A DNA stretch of 64,000 nt from Acidobacteriota bacterium (GCA_963664705.1 OY761556.1:4160001-4224000), one strand, 5' to 3'. Shown: positions 38,390-48,938, counted from the first letter of the stretch. Notes: a model not told the origin generated them from the letters alone. A program made the numbers and translations.

Positions 38390-39592
38390 ATGGGGCTATA
38401 TCCGACTCGGGCACTGGAGCGGGCGTTGAAAATACAATCAGTGATATTGCAGGCAATGAGTGGAAAAATACTGTGGTGCCAGGCAGCCGAGATCATCGGG
38501 ATATCGGACCGATCAATGAGGCGATGGCGAGAACGATATGAGGAACACGGTTACGACGGGCTCTATGATCGCAGGCTAAAGCGGCCGAGTCCAAAACGTG
38601 TTCCGTTAAAAACAGTGGAGAAAGTGCTTCGGCTTTATCGGGAGCAGTACTTCGATTTCAATGTTCGTCATTTCGTAGAAAAGCTGCATAAGGAACATGA
38701 TGTCGATCTGAGCTATACCTGGGTCAAGACAGCACTGCAAACGGCGGGATTGGTAGCCAAGAGTCGCAAGAAAGGGAAACACCGGAAAAAGCGCCCTCGG
38801 CGACCATTGTCAGGCATGATGCTCCATGTGGATGGCAGCACGCATTGCTGGCTGGAGGGCCAACAACACCACGACCTAGTAGCAATTCTGGATGACGCCA
38901 CGTCAGCGGTGTATTACGCACAGCTGGTCGATCAGGAGAGCACAGCGACGGTAATGGCCGGGTTGAAGGAAGTGGTTGAGAAGAAAGGCATCTTTTGCTC
39001 CCTGTATTCGGATCGCGGAAGCCATTTCTTCTACACTCCGGTTGCGGGAGGGCCACCCGATCGTACACGTAAGACTCAAATCGCCAGGGCCCTTGGACAA
39101 TTGGGGATTGAAACGATACCTGCTAACTCGCCGCAGGCTAGAGGGCGGTGTGAACGGTTTTTTGGAACTTGGCAAGGGCGTCTGCCGCAGGAACTCCGGT
39201 TAAAGAAAATCCAGACACTGGAGGCTGCAAATGAGTTCCTACGTAAAGAGTGGATACCTTTCCACAACAAGACCTTTACCGTTCCGGCACAACAGATGGG
39301 AAACGCTTTTGTGCCCTATTCTGGCACTCGTTCTGAGTTAGATAAGATCTTCTCCCACCAGGAGGAAAGAGATGTGGGTAACGACAATACCGTCAAACTT
39401 GGGAAAATCTGTATGCAGATCGAGCCACAAAAGTTTCGCTTCAGCATGGCTCGATGCCGAGTGCTTGTCTGTCGGCATTTGGATGAAACAATAAGCCTTC
39501 ATTACGGTCCCCATGTGCTGGGCCGTTATGATTCCAACGGGAAGGTTTTGAATCAGCCAGCTGTGAAACGAAGCAATAAGAATGCGGCCTGA
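38390..39592 (+). CDS. DDE transposase (IS1202/ISNCY type)
   Basis: N-terminal HTH; HVDGS, YSDRGS, SPQARGRCER; RBS AGGAG. Confidence 0.95.
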   Translation: MGLYPTRALERALKIQSVILQAMSGKILWCQAAEIIGISDRSMRRWRERYEEHGYDGLYDRRLKRPSPKRVPLKTVEKVLRLYREQYFDFNVRHFVEKLHKEHDVDLSYTWVKTALQTAGLVAKSRKKGKHRKKRPRRPLSGMMLHVDGSTHCWLEGQQHHDLVAILDDATSAVYYAQLVDQESTATVMAGLKEVVEKKGIFCSLYSDRGSHFFYTPVAGGPPDRTRKTQIARALGQLGIETIPANSPQARGRCERFFGTWQGRLPQELRLKKIQTLEAANEFLRKEWIPFHNKTFTVPAQQMGNAFVPYSGTRSELDKIFSHQEERDVGNDNTVKLGKICMQIEPQKFRFSMARCRVLVCRHLDETISLHYGPHVLGRYDSNGKVLNQPAVKRSNKNAA

Positions 39593-39606
39593 CGGGGCCG
39601 CGGTCT

Positions 39607-39653
39607 TTTTTCCTAAGCCGTTCCGGGCTACGCCCTCCACAGCTTAGGAAAAA
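39607..39653. terminator. Bidirectional terminator-like hairpin inside the IS
   Basis: TTTTTCCTAAGC ... GCTTAGGAAAAA directly after the transposase stop. Confidence 0.6.
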
Positions 39654-39929
39654 TCCCAAATAACTAAACCGGACATTTCATTTGCTATAAAAACCGGACA
39701 TCTTGATTTGCTACGAACATTGCAGAATCCCGGAACTGGCAAATCCTGAGATCGAACCGAGGAAAAATCCCATTTCATCACGGGGAAAGCTTAAATCACG
39801 CGAAGTTAGCGCTGATCCTAAGCACTCCTTTCGGCAAGACCCCGAAAATACTCTGGTGCCGGAGTGCGGATGGTATTTATAATATTCTAATAAATCATTG
39901 GATGCTTGAGTCTGAACGGAGATTCGATC

Positions 39930-41108
39930 ATGAAAATAAAAAGCATGCTGGCGCACCTGCTCTTGATGTTTGGCGGACTGGTTGTGGCTGGGCTTAGCAA
40001 TGCAAATGCCAGTGCCTTCGACGATCAAGCGTCGAATAGCCAGGTATCTGTCTATACTATCAGCGATGAGGAATCCGGCGCCTTTGATGCCGCGATGCGG
40101 GAAGCCGATCCGCAAAAGCGCGCGGAAAAGCTGTATGATTTCATACAAAAGTACCCGCAATCACCTCTTATCAAGCGAATTTCCAATGAGAATTATGACC
40201 GGATCAAGATGATTGAAGATGAGCGCACTGCCTATTACAGCGCCGCGCAGCAACCCGATCCGGAAAAGCGTGCGGAGAAACTGCTCGATTTCAACAAGGC
40301 ATACTCCAAATCAGCGCTGACAGAGTATGTCCGCAATGATTACATGGACCTGCTCAAAGCCCTCTTCCAGAACAAAAAATATGATATGGCCGCTTCTCTT
40401 GGAGAGAAATGGCTGGCAGCCAATGCGAACGACAAGAATGTCTACGCCTTTGTCGGCGATGTCTCGATGCAGTTGGGCAAATATCAGCGCTGTGGAGAGT
40501 GCCTGGAAATCGTATACCAATCCACCCCCTCTGCCAGCCTGGCCCGACAAATCCAGGGGTGCTACCAAAAAGCGGACAATCGGTCCAAGATGATCGAATG
40601 GACTGATAAGCTCTTCGGCCTTCCCGAATACAGCGCAGACTACATGCTCCGCCACGAATACATGATGTTTTTCTACAGCAAAAACAATCTTGCCAAAGCC
40701 ACCGAGTATGCACAGCTTACTTTGAAATCGGCGGATCTCGCGAAGCCGGCGGATGCCAATGCCCAGGAGCAACTGCGAAAAGTGCGCCGGGCATGCCATC
40801 ACGTTATTGCCAGCGCTCTGATGGAGCAGAGCAAATTTACGGAGGCCATCACTGAATTTGAAAAGGCCCTCGAAGCAGAGAGGTATAGTCAGGGCTATTA
40901 TGGAATCGCACTCTGTTATGACAACAAGAAAAGCGTGGATGAAGCCATCCTGTATTATGCGATCGCGGAACTGATGGGCGGAGAGGATGCATCGAAAGCA
41001 AAGGCTCGTATGGAGACTCTCTATAAGGCAATTCACAATGATACGCTGATCGGCGTGGACAAGGTTTACAGCAAAGCCCAAAAGGTTCTTGATGGGCAGA
41101 AGAGCTAG
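39930..41108 (+). CDS. Secreted tetratricopeptide-repeat protein
   Basis: Signal peptide; repeated helical A/Y/L TPR patterns. Confidence 0.8.
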   Translation: MKIKSMLAHLLLMFGGLVVAGLSNANASAFDDQASNSQVSVYTISDEESGAFDAAMREADPQKRAEKLYDFIQKYPQSPLIKRISNENYDRIKMIEDERTAYYSAAQQPDPEKRAEKLLDFNKAYSKSALTEYVRNDYMDLLKALFQNKKYDMAASLGEKWLAANANDKNVYAFVGDVSMQLGKYQRCGECLEIVYQSTPSASLARQIQGCYQKADNRSKMIEWTDKLFGLPEYSADYMLRHEYMMFFYSKNNLAKATEYAQLTLKSADLAKPADANAQEQLRKVRRACHHVIASALMEQSKFTEAITEFEKALEAERYSQGYYGIALCYDNKKSVDEAILYYAIAELMGGEDASKAKARMETLYKAIHNDTLIGVDKVYSKAQKVLDGQKS

Positions 41109-41200
41109 CGGCAGAATGAATACATCCGGATATCTTGGGTAATGATACCGCGCCCAATAATTCGGGTTGTTTACCGAGTGATATGTGATAGATATTCAGA

Positions 41201-41860
41201 ATGAATGCGAGACAAAAGCGCCAAGCTTCAATCATAGCGCCTGATTTCAGGGAATCGCTGCGGAACCTGAACGAGTTGGAGACCACGACAGATACGGTCT
41301 ACGGGCTTTCACCAGATCTATGCCTGTCCTACATGAATCCCGGGTGGTTCAGGTTTGCGCAGGAGAACGCTGGAGAGCCTGACATTTCCCGAAGCTGGGG
41401 GCTTGGGCGTCCAATTTTTGATTCGATCCCAGCCGAGTTGCACTCATTTTTCCGCACGCTTTATGAAAATGTGTTGAATGCCTCTCCTCTGAAGGATCGA
41501 TTCCCGGCCAGTTACGAATACGAGTGTTCAAGCGCGGAAACCTATCGGCGCTTTGCCATGCTGGTATATCCTCTTTCCGGCAAGGGATTGCTGGTCGTAA
41601 ACTCTCCGATCCTGGCACGTCCCCACGACCCTGCCACAAGGCCGGCACACGATCCTGATGTAAAAATATATGCGGATGTTCATGGCATGATCCACCAGTG
41701 CGCGCATTGCCGGCGCATCGAAAACATTTCTGTCAAAGGCAGGTGGGATTGGGTCCCCGAGTGGGTAAAGCGCATTCCTCCCAGAACGAGTCACACTCTC
41801 TGCAACTATTGCTATGAGATTTACTACCAGAGGATCTCGGATACTTCCGACGGGGTTTGA
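41201..41860 (+). CDS. PAS-like protein with C-terminal CxxC...HxxCxxC metal-binding module
   Basis: YMNPGW..FA and YECSS; QCAHC...SHTLCNYC. Confidence 0.65.
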   Translation: MNARQKRQASIIAPDFRESLRNLNELETTTDTVYGLSPDLCLSYMNPGWFRFAQENAGEPDISRSWGLGRPIFDSIPAELHSFFRTLYENVLNASPLKDRFPASYEYECSSAETYRRFAMLVYPLSGKGLLVVNSPILARPHDPATRPAHDPDVKIYADVHGMIHQCAHCRRIENISVKGRWDWVPEWVKRIPPRTSHTLCNYCYEIYYQRISDTSDGV

Positions 41861-41942
41861 TTTGCACTCCCAATCGAAGACAGCAGAGCTACGGGGATCG
41901 TCGGGACTCCGCTAGCCGGACGGGACTGGAATATCTGTTTGC

Positions 41943-44723
41943 CTAAACGGTTTGTTCCACCGGATCCGGCGTCACATGGGCTCGTGCCGGCGAATCACCG
42001 GCATTCCCGGTGGCCGGGAAGTGAACGCTGGTTCGGATCGAGTGGAGCAGAACTTCGGCGGGCCCGCTCTTTGTCAGATAATCGACGGCGCCGGCATCTC
42101 GAATCGCCTGGGCCCTCTCAGCCTCTTCAAACATGGACAATCCGATGACGCGAATCGCCGGTCTTTCATTGCAGATCAGCCGCGTCGCCTCCACTCCATT
42201 CAGTTTCGGCATGCTCATATCCATGAGTATCACGTCGGGCAGCAATTTTGAAGCAAGATCAACCGCTTCCTGGCCGTCGGAAGCCTGCGCAATGATCTCG
42301 ATATCCGGCTGGTCCTCGAGCAGATTGGCAATACCCTGACGCACAACAGCATGATCATCCGCGAGCAATACCCGAATCTTCTTTTCCTGGATCGCATGGT
42401 TCGTCGTTACTGGCTGCGGCTCCGGTGGAACCTCCTGCTGCGGTGGATCGGGCATGGCGGAGGCGGGAGATGTTACCGGCATGATCAGAATGAACCGGCT
42501 TCCCTGCCCCGGGCTGCTCTGGATTTCAAACCGGCCGCCCATCAACTCCAACCGCTCCCGGATTACAAAAAGCCCGAACCCTCTCCCCTTTTCGCCGGCA
42601 GGTGGCAGCGAGGCAGGATCAAAACCTTTTCCCTGGTCGGACACAATGATCTGGAGGCAGTCATCATATCGCCGCAGATGAACAATCGCTGAACGCACGC
42701 TGGCGTGTTTCACAATGTTGAAAAGCAGTTCGCGGACCGATTCAAACAGCAATATCCGCGAATCCTCCGGGATTGTTCCTATATCCTGCAACTCCAGATC
42801 AACAAAGAGTCCCTGCGTATCCACCATCCTCCGGGCTAACCATTTCAAGCCCTCATTCAATCCCGCCTCATGAAGGATTGGAGGACTCAGCTCAGCCGTT
42901 AGAGTCCGGGAGGATTTTATCGATTCATCAATCAACTCTTCCACTTCTTTGCCGGCCAGCTTCACAACCTCGTCCGCGCTTCTCCCCAAAACAGCGACTC
43001 TGAACTTGGCGGCCACAAGCAACTGCTGGAGATGGTCGTGAAGGATTTTTGCCAGGCGGCTCCGTTCCCGCTGCTCCACCAATGTCAATTCGCCGGCGAC
43101 GGCCCGAAGCTGATCCGCCCTGTGCGCCAATTCCCTGGTTCTTTCAGATACCCGTAATTCCAGTTCCTCTTTTGCCTTTCTCAGCTCCTCCTCGGCCTGT
43201 TTCCGTTCGGTAATATTCAGCGTGCTTGCGAGAACCACCTGCCGGCCATCAAGGGTGATGACATCGGCGGATGAAAGTGCCACAAATTCCTGACCGGCCC
43301 GGTTCCACACCCTGAATTCCCGGTTTCGATAGAATCCCCTGGCTTTTAAATCTTCAAAAGCACTCTTTCTGGCCTGGATGTCACGCGCGATATTCAGATC
43401 CAATGCACTTTTCCCAAGAAGCTCCGCGCGCTTGTATCCAAAAAGGCTGACAAACTCCTCATTGGCATCGATGTATATGCCATCCATATCGGTAATGGCG
43501 ATGGCCGTCGCGTTCTGGGCAAAGGCCTTGGCAAACTTCTCCTCGGAGGACCGCAGCGTTTCCTCCGCCTGTTTGCGTGCGGTATTATCCAGCACAAACG
43601 CCACCATGAGGCTCCGCGTGCCATCAAGGAAGGCTCCCCCGATGATTACGGGCACTCGAGTGCCATCCGGCCGAACATATTCCTTCTCAAACGAGTTAAA
43701 ATCCTTGCGACCGGAAATCACCGTGGCAATTTCGGCTTCCTCGCTGCGCAGAATTTCCGTGGGAGTGAACCTTTTCCAGTTAATTTTCCCCGCTTCAAGG
43801 TCAGCCCTGGCGCAGCCGATGATTCGCAGGTATTCGTCGTTGGCTTCCGCAACCTCGCCGGTGATCGGATCCGCAAAGACAACGCCCATCATGTTTGATT
43901 CGATGGCGGACCGGAATTTTTGCTCACTCTCAGCGAGACTGCGATACAGCAGGGCATAAGGGCGTCGGAAACCGGTTTCCACCAGAGCCTTATAGATAAA
44001 GACAACCGATACAACCTTCAACAGGTGCCCGGTCAAATTGAAATTGCCATAAACATTTGCATACTGAGTAAAGGCAAGTTCGGAAACGATGGTTGCGAGA
44101 ATCGAGGCGCAAAGCAATACGAGAATTGGACGTTCGAAGCTGCTCCGATGAAACAGCAGCCGCACCATTGCCAACACCAGGATCAGGCAAATCGCATACT
44201 CTGCATATATCTTGAAAAGCGTCAATCCCTGCCCTTCCACGTAGCAGGCGGGAAATATGGTCCATACAAAAGTTGACAGAAAAACAGCAGCAGAAATGCA
44301 TACATAGGTTGCCAGAATCGGCAGCGGCCGGACTCGTCGCGAGAGAAAAGTGGGAGCAATCAGCAGGCTGACCGATTCCAGCGTGCGCCCGGCGATCCAC
44401 AACTGCGTGGGAAGATCCGGACCGTGTCCGGGAAATACGCCCATCCCGTTATAGGCAAGTGTGTGCGCCAAATCTATGCCTGCAACAGAAAGAAGCGCTA
44501 TCCCGAGAAACTGGAGATACCCGTTTTCGATCATATCCCGGACATTCCAGGCAATCACAAAAACCGCGGCCGCCACGATAATGCTGAACAACTCGGTAAG
44601 ACTGTGAAATATCAGGTAATTTTGAGTGCCAAGCCAGACGAGAGCGCTAAGCACCAGCGTGATGGAAAGCAGCCGCAGAACGCGAACCAGGTTTTGAGAG
44701 AGTGTAGTCGCCGAACCGGACAA
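41943..44723 (-). CDS. Hybrid sensor kinase: MASE3-like membrane domain, 2 PAS, HisKA_3/HATPase, REC
   Basis: FHSLTELFSI, LHDHLQQ, ELLFNIVKHA, DQGKGF, GFGL, LADDH...MDMSMP. Confidence 0.9.
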   Translation of the reverse strand: MSGSATTLSQNLVRVLRLLSITLVLSALVWLGTQNYLIFHSLTELFSIIVAAAVFVIAWNVRDMIENGYLQFLGIALLSVAGIDLAHTLAYNGMGVFPGHGPDLPTQLWIAGRTLESVSLLIAPTFLSRRVRPLPILATYVCISAAVFLSTFVWTIFPACYVEGQGLTLFKIYAEYAICLILVLAMVRLLFHRSSFERPILVLLCASILATIVSELAFTQYANVYGNFNLTGHLLKVVSVVFIYKALVETGFRRPYALLYRSLAESEQKFRSAIESNMMGVVFADPITGEVAEANDEYLRIIGCARADLEAGKINWKRFTPTEILRSEEAEIATVISGRKDFNSFEKEYVRPDGTRVPVIIGGAFLDGTRSLMVAFVLDNTARKQAEETLRSSEEKFAKAFAQNATAIAITDMDGIYIDANEEFVSLFGYKRAELLGKSALDLNIARDIQARKSAFEDLKARGFYRNREFRVWNRAGQEFVALSSADVITLDGRQVVLASTLNITERKQAEEELRKAKEELELRVSERTRELAHRADQLRAVAGELTLVEQRERSRLAKILHDHLQQLLVAAKFRVAVLGRSADEVVKLAGKEVEELIDESIKSSRTLTAELSPPILHEAGLNEGLKWLARRMVDTQGLFVDLELQDIGTIPEDSRILLFESVRELLFNIVKHASVRSAIVHLRRYDDCLQIIVSDQGKGFDPASLPPAGEKGRGFGLFVIRERLELMGGRFEIQSSPGQGSRFILIMPVTSPASAMPDPPQQEVPPEPQPVTTNHAIQEKKIRVLLADDHAVVRQGIANLLEDQPDIEIIAQASDGQEAVDLASKLLPDVILMDMSMPKLNGVEATRLICNERPAIRVIGLSMFEEAERAQAIRDAGAVDYLTKSGPAEVLLHSIRTSVHFPATGNAGDSPARAHVTPDPVEQTV

Positions 44724-44882
44724 AGCAATCCTCCCCGAAGGGCTTTTCTCACTGTAACCGATACAGGCATGGTAATCGCCGGAGCGCTATGGTTCAAGAG
44801 CGTAAGGCAATGGCCCTAATATTTGTTTACCGCCCGCATGCCGGTGTTGAGCGCAAGACATTGTTTAGTATATGATCTGTTC

Positions 44883-45182
44883 ATGGGAAGAGATGCTAGT
44901 CCAATTGAAACTCCGGAAGTTGCCGAACGGCTGGATGAACTCCGATCTGTGTTTGATCGGGAGACAGGAAAACAGGGAGCTTATCTTCGGATCTTCGATG
45001 AATTTATCGAGGAAAGCGAGTTCTACGCCGCGCTGCATGTGATCTGCGATTATCTGATGGAACCGGAAAACCCTGTCATCGATGCGATGGTGCTGGAAAA
45101 AATCGCGGCAATTCACGACGTGATGCAAATCCAGGATTATTGCATGGAAATGCTCCAGGCAAAGGTGCGCCCCCACAAGTAG
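44883..45182 (+). CDS. Small acidic protein, MafI-like immunity protein
   Basis: EFIEESEFYAALHVICDYL resembles the MafI-type E.I...E...AL..LC..L pattern. Confidence 0.5.
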   Translation: MGRDASPIETPEVAERLDELRSVFDRETGKQGAYLRIFDEFIEESEFYAALHVICDYLMEPENPVIDAMVLEKIAAIHDVMQIQDYCMEMLQAKVRPHK

Positions 45183-45418
45183 ACCTCGACTAGGATAAGT
45201 GCACGGCCCAATCATTGAGATTGGAATTTGATGACGTGTATCTTTCGCTGCACCTGTTCATCGTCGCCGTATGCATCTTTTTCTTCGACAGCATCGCCAA
45301 TTGCCACCCTACACTCCACGCGGACTGCAGCTTGAAAGAAACATTCGCATTGCGGCAAAAGCCATATTAGACTGGCACCATTCCGGGCAACCGCAGAGAC
45401 TCGAGCGAGAGGAGAAAC

Positions 45419-46225
45419 ATGGTCATCAAGTCAGCACCGATTCAAAACATGACAAGTGCCTTTTCCATACAGGGCGCCAACGTTATCGTAACGGGAGGAA
45501 ACAGGGGCATTGGCTACGGCATCAGTGTCGCATACGCTCAAAGCGGTGCGAATGTAGCCATACTCTGCCGAAATAGGGAAAGCGGCGAGAAAGCCGCAGA
45601 GGCGATCCGGCAATATGGAACACGCTGCTTCTGCGTTCCCTGTGACGTGAGCGATGCCGGCAGCGTGAAAAATGCGGCCGCAGATGTCTTGGCCCAGTTC
45701 GGCTCGGTGGACATCCTGGTGAATAACGCCGGCACATCCGCGGCATGCGAATTCGTAAAAGATAAAGACCTCCGGGAGTGGCACCGCGTCATCAACACCA
45801 ACTTGAATGGACCGGCGTATATGATTTACGAAATCGTCCCTCACATGATGAGTGCCGGCAAAGGCGGAAGCGTCATCAACATCTCATCCATAGGAGGACA
45901 GGCCCTCGGAGGAGCCCGAACGCATCCAATGCCATCGTATCACGCGTCCAAAGCGGCTCTGGACATGTTTACGAGGAATATGGCTATTGAATTCGGCGAC
46001 TACGGAATTCGTGTGAATGCCATCGCTCCCGGCCCTACGCATTCCGACCTTGATAAGGATTTGCCGCCCGATGCCTATGAAAAATTCGCAAACCTCATGC
46101 CGATGCATCGTTTTGCGGAACCAATCGAGATCGGGGCTCTTTGCGTATTTCTCTCCTCTCCGGCCGCCAACCATATCACGGGCACGGTCATGGTGCACGA
46201 CGGCGGACTGCTGCTCATTGCGTGA
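45419..46225 (+). CDS. Short-chain dehydrogenase/reductase
   Basis: TGGNRGIG, NNAG, YHASK, RVNAIAPG, DGG. Confidence 0.95.
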   Translation: MVIKSAPIQNMTSAFSIQGANVIVTGGNRGIGYGISVAYAQSGANVAILCRNRESGEKAAEAIRQYGTRCFCVPCDVSDAGSVKNAAADVLAQFGSVDILVNNAGTSAACEFVKDKDLREWHRVINTNLNGPAYMIYEIVPHMMSAGKGGSVINISSIGGQALGGARTHPMPSYHASKAALDMFTRNMAIEFGDYGIRVNAIAPGPTHSDLDKDLPPDAYEKFANLMPMHRFAEPIEIGALCVFLSSPAANHITGTVMVHDGGLLLIA

Positions 46226-46235
46226 GGAGGTTTAG

Positions 46236-46300
46236 GATTTCGGATCCCAGATTCCCGATTTCAGATTTTCTATAGCAATCTGGAATTTGAAATCTGGGAT
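46236..46300. repeat. Heptamer (GATYYYN) tandem repeat forming a 24-bp imperfect hairpin
   Basis: GATTTCG GATCCCA GATTCCC GATTTCA GATTTTC followed by 3 inverted copies (46277-46300). Confidence 0.7.
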
Positions 46301-46448
46301 TTTCTTCGGAACCGCCGCAAACCCTTCGTTCTCCCTGACATGCAATAATCCTAGGACCTATGACAAGGAGCAAAGCCAACGGCCCGATTTGGCGCCATGA
46401 TCAGAGATAAACATTAGAAAATTATCCGTTTGTATAATTACAAAACAC

Positions 46449-46477
46449 TTGAGTTATTATTCTCTAATGCGTATAGT
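46449..46477 (+). promoter_or_regulatory. csp promoter TTGAGT-N17-TATAGT, giving a 5' UTR of about 140 nt
   Basis: Hexamers at 46449-46454 and 46472-46477. Confidence 0.55.
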
Positions 46478-46623
46478 CCCCGTAACTCAGGTGTTTGCCC
46501 AGCTTGTATAACATGCCGATAGCAGACCCCGAAGAGTATGGTGTCTCCCGCCCGGATCCCGGAGTCGCACCAAATGCATGCGATCCGATTCGATAACAAC
46601 TCAAGGAATTGTAAAGAGGAAAA

Positions 46624-46827
46624 ATGAAAGAACAAGGCACAGTAAAATGGTTTAACAATGAAAAGGGATATGGTTTCATCAGCCGCGGATCCGGCGATGA
46701 CGTATTCGTTCATCATTCTGCAATACAGGCCAAAGGCTTCCGTTCTCTGAACGAGGGCGACACAGTCGAGTTCTCCGTAACAAAAGGCCCCAAGGGTCTG
46801 CAGGCCACGGAAGTAGTGAAACTGTAA
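46624..46827 (+). CDS. cspA: Cold-shock protein
   Basis: [28 protein letters not shown]. Confidence 0.97.
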   Translation: MKEQGTVKWFNNEKGYGFISRGSGDDVFVHHSAIQAKGFRSLNEGDTVEFSVTKGPKGLQATEVVKL

Positions 46828-47186
46828 TCTCCCCTTTCTCTGAAGTTTTGGAAGTATCCTTTCCGGGCAGTCGGACTGGGTGCCTGCAAAGGAATGGCTT
46901 GCATGCTGGTATTCCTGAGTACAGGAGCTTCCGGCTTTTAGTGGTGGCCTCTCGCGGAATACGATCTTCTTTGAGTGCAAGCGAGGACTTACCCTACTGC
47001 ACGCGGAATGAAGGCAATTGCTTCAATCCGCGTGCCTCCGCAGTATGCGTTCTCTTCTTAGCTTGTTGGCTATTTCCTACCCTGTAGTTTTCGCTCGTCC
47101 GTTCCTCTGCCAACCAGATTAACGCGCTGGGACATCGAAGGCTCCTAATGCTTGAAGCATCCTGGAACCCCCGATGGTCACCGAAA

Positions 47187-48938
47187 TCAATGGTTTTCGT
47201 AAGCGCCGGCCACATCCTCGCTACTGCCGCCCGCATTGTCTGAGCCGGCCGGAGCCTTGGCCAGCCACCGGTCAATCGACGCCGTTGCCGTACAATCAAA
47301 ATCAGAGATTTTCCAAAGGGGGCTGGTCTCACCCCCCACTACCAGAATGTTTACCTTATCTGGCCGATGATAGGGTGCGATCATCGCATCCCCTGGCAGC
47401 TGTTTCCAGGATGCGTAGGGTTGAACGCCGCTCATCGCAAGCGGGGCGACAAGCATATCGATCATATCGTTGGCCCAGAACTGCTGCGCCGTCATTTTGA
47501 TGTTTTCCGAAATCCATCGCCCCATATCGAGAGGCGTCTGGAATCCTTCCAATTCCTTCAGATTTCTCGCCAGCATTGGATCCAGTATCAGAGTGGCGCC
47601 GGAATAGAGGGCAGGAAGCGCCTGCATCTGCAGCTTGACTTCATCGCCCCACGAACGCCGCGCGGCCGCCCCCATGCTGTTGATCAGATTCCATCCGCGG
47701 AACAGGCTGACGACGCTTTCTTCCCGCTTGTGCCCTTTACGTACGTGAAATGGCTCCCAGACGCTGCGCTCTTCATTCTCGGCCATACAAAGATTGTTGT
47801 AGGAATAGTTGTTTCCTTGGGACGACCAGAAGGTTCTCTTGCGCCGGGCATAGCCCCATATGATGCTCATCAGCGTCCACGCCCGCCCGATAACGGCATT
47901 AGCCGGGTTGTAAGGCCCCAGGGCGCCCATCCCGCAATTCATGCCAATTTCGTTGCGAATCGGGCCATTGACCACGATAGCGCTGGCGAAAGGAAGCGTC
48001 GAGGGCTGAATGGCAGGTTGACCGGTTGATGCGATAGCCAACAGCACCGGCAAATGCTCGGGCATGGCTCCTGCCATCACGGCCGCAATAGCCACCGTTT
48101 CCACGGACACGCGCAAATTCTCCTGCGTATCCACCATGAACGATTTGCCGACCAGTTTGTCCGCAGGCTGACGCGTCCCTGCGAGCATGCGTGCAACGCG
48201 TTCTTCTGTCGGGAGAATAATGGGCAACCCGTCGCTCCACCCCTTCTGCAGAAAGAGGCGCTGCAGGTTCTCCTCGCTGTCCGCGAGCAAAAAGCGCTCC
48301 CGCGAGGGAACCGGTCGAACCACCGTGAGATTCCTGCTTTCCTCCGCCGAATAAGGCGTTGTCAGCGCCTGCAACACTTCATCAACCAGGCGCTTCCCTG
48401 TCATCGGATTTTTCCCTTCGATATATCCGCGCAATGACGAAGGAGGCATCGACACGACAGGGTGCGGAGTGTACAGGAATCGCAGAGGCACCCCGTAAAA
48501 GTCCGTATCCTCACGAACAACACTCTCGAACTCGACTGTTGAAAGGGGCGCGGTAGGAATTCCGTACTTCAGCTCAAGCGTGCGGCAACATCCGGCGACC
48601 GCCGTAACACAGCCCGGTCAGCCCGCCACGCCGAAAATAACGGCATCCCCCTTCTCCTTGATTTCCTTCCACAGATCGGAGGTGTCGTCCCTGAATATAA
48701 ACCCCGTCTTGCGTCTCAGGACCGTTTTTACCGTCGGCATGTGCTCCGCGAACCATGCCTGAAACTGCTCCATGAAAACATCGCTCCCGCCAAAGCCCTG
48801 ATTCACCAGGTACACGGTTTTCCCATTCAAGGTATCCAGACGCGGCGCCATCGACCACGAGGGAACTCCCGCACCGGAACCTTCAGAGGCCGGCGTTCGT
48901 TGGGCTTCAGGATTTAACACTGCAGAAATTGTGGCCAT
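47187..48938 (-). CDS. UGSC-like selenoprotein, 583 aa, Sec107 in U-P-G-C (thioredoxin-like domain plus DGLP..PT domain)
   Basis: ORFs 48618..48980 and 47187..48491 are in the same frame, separated only by TGA 48620-48618 and 42 sense codons. UxxC motif; RBS AAGGAG before ATG 48938. Confidence 0.85.
48593..48617 (-). promoter_or_regulatory. Putative bacterial SECIS element
   Basis: CGGC-GGUC-GCCG hairpin with a G-led apical loop starting 18 nt after the UGA. Confidence 0.65.

Larger units (their letters stand above)
38294..39719 (+). mobile_element. IS1202-family (ISNCY/IS481-related) insertion sequence with 17-bp target duplication
   Basis: TGT...ACA ends; two tandem AGCAA.TGA..TGTCCGGT repeats at each end; TTGCAGAATCCCGGAAC duplicated at 38277-38293 and 39720-39736. 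Confidence 0.9.

Noticed and set aside
38230-39800. dif/xrs site targeting by the IS1202-family element
   Set aside because: No XerC/XerD-like 11-6-11 site is recognisable beside either end.
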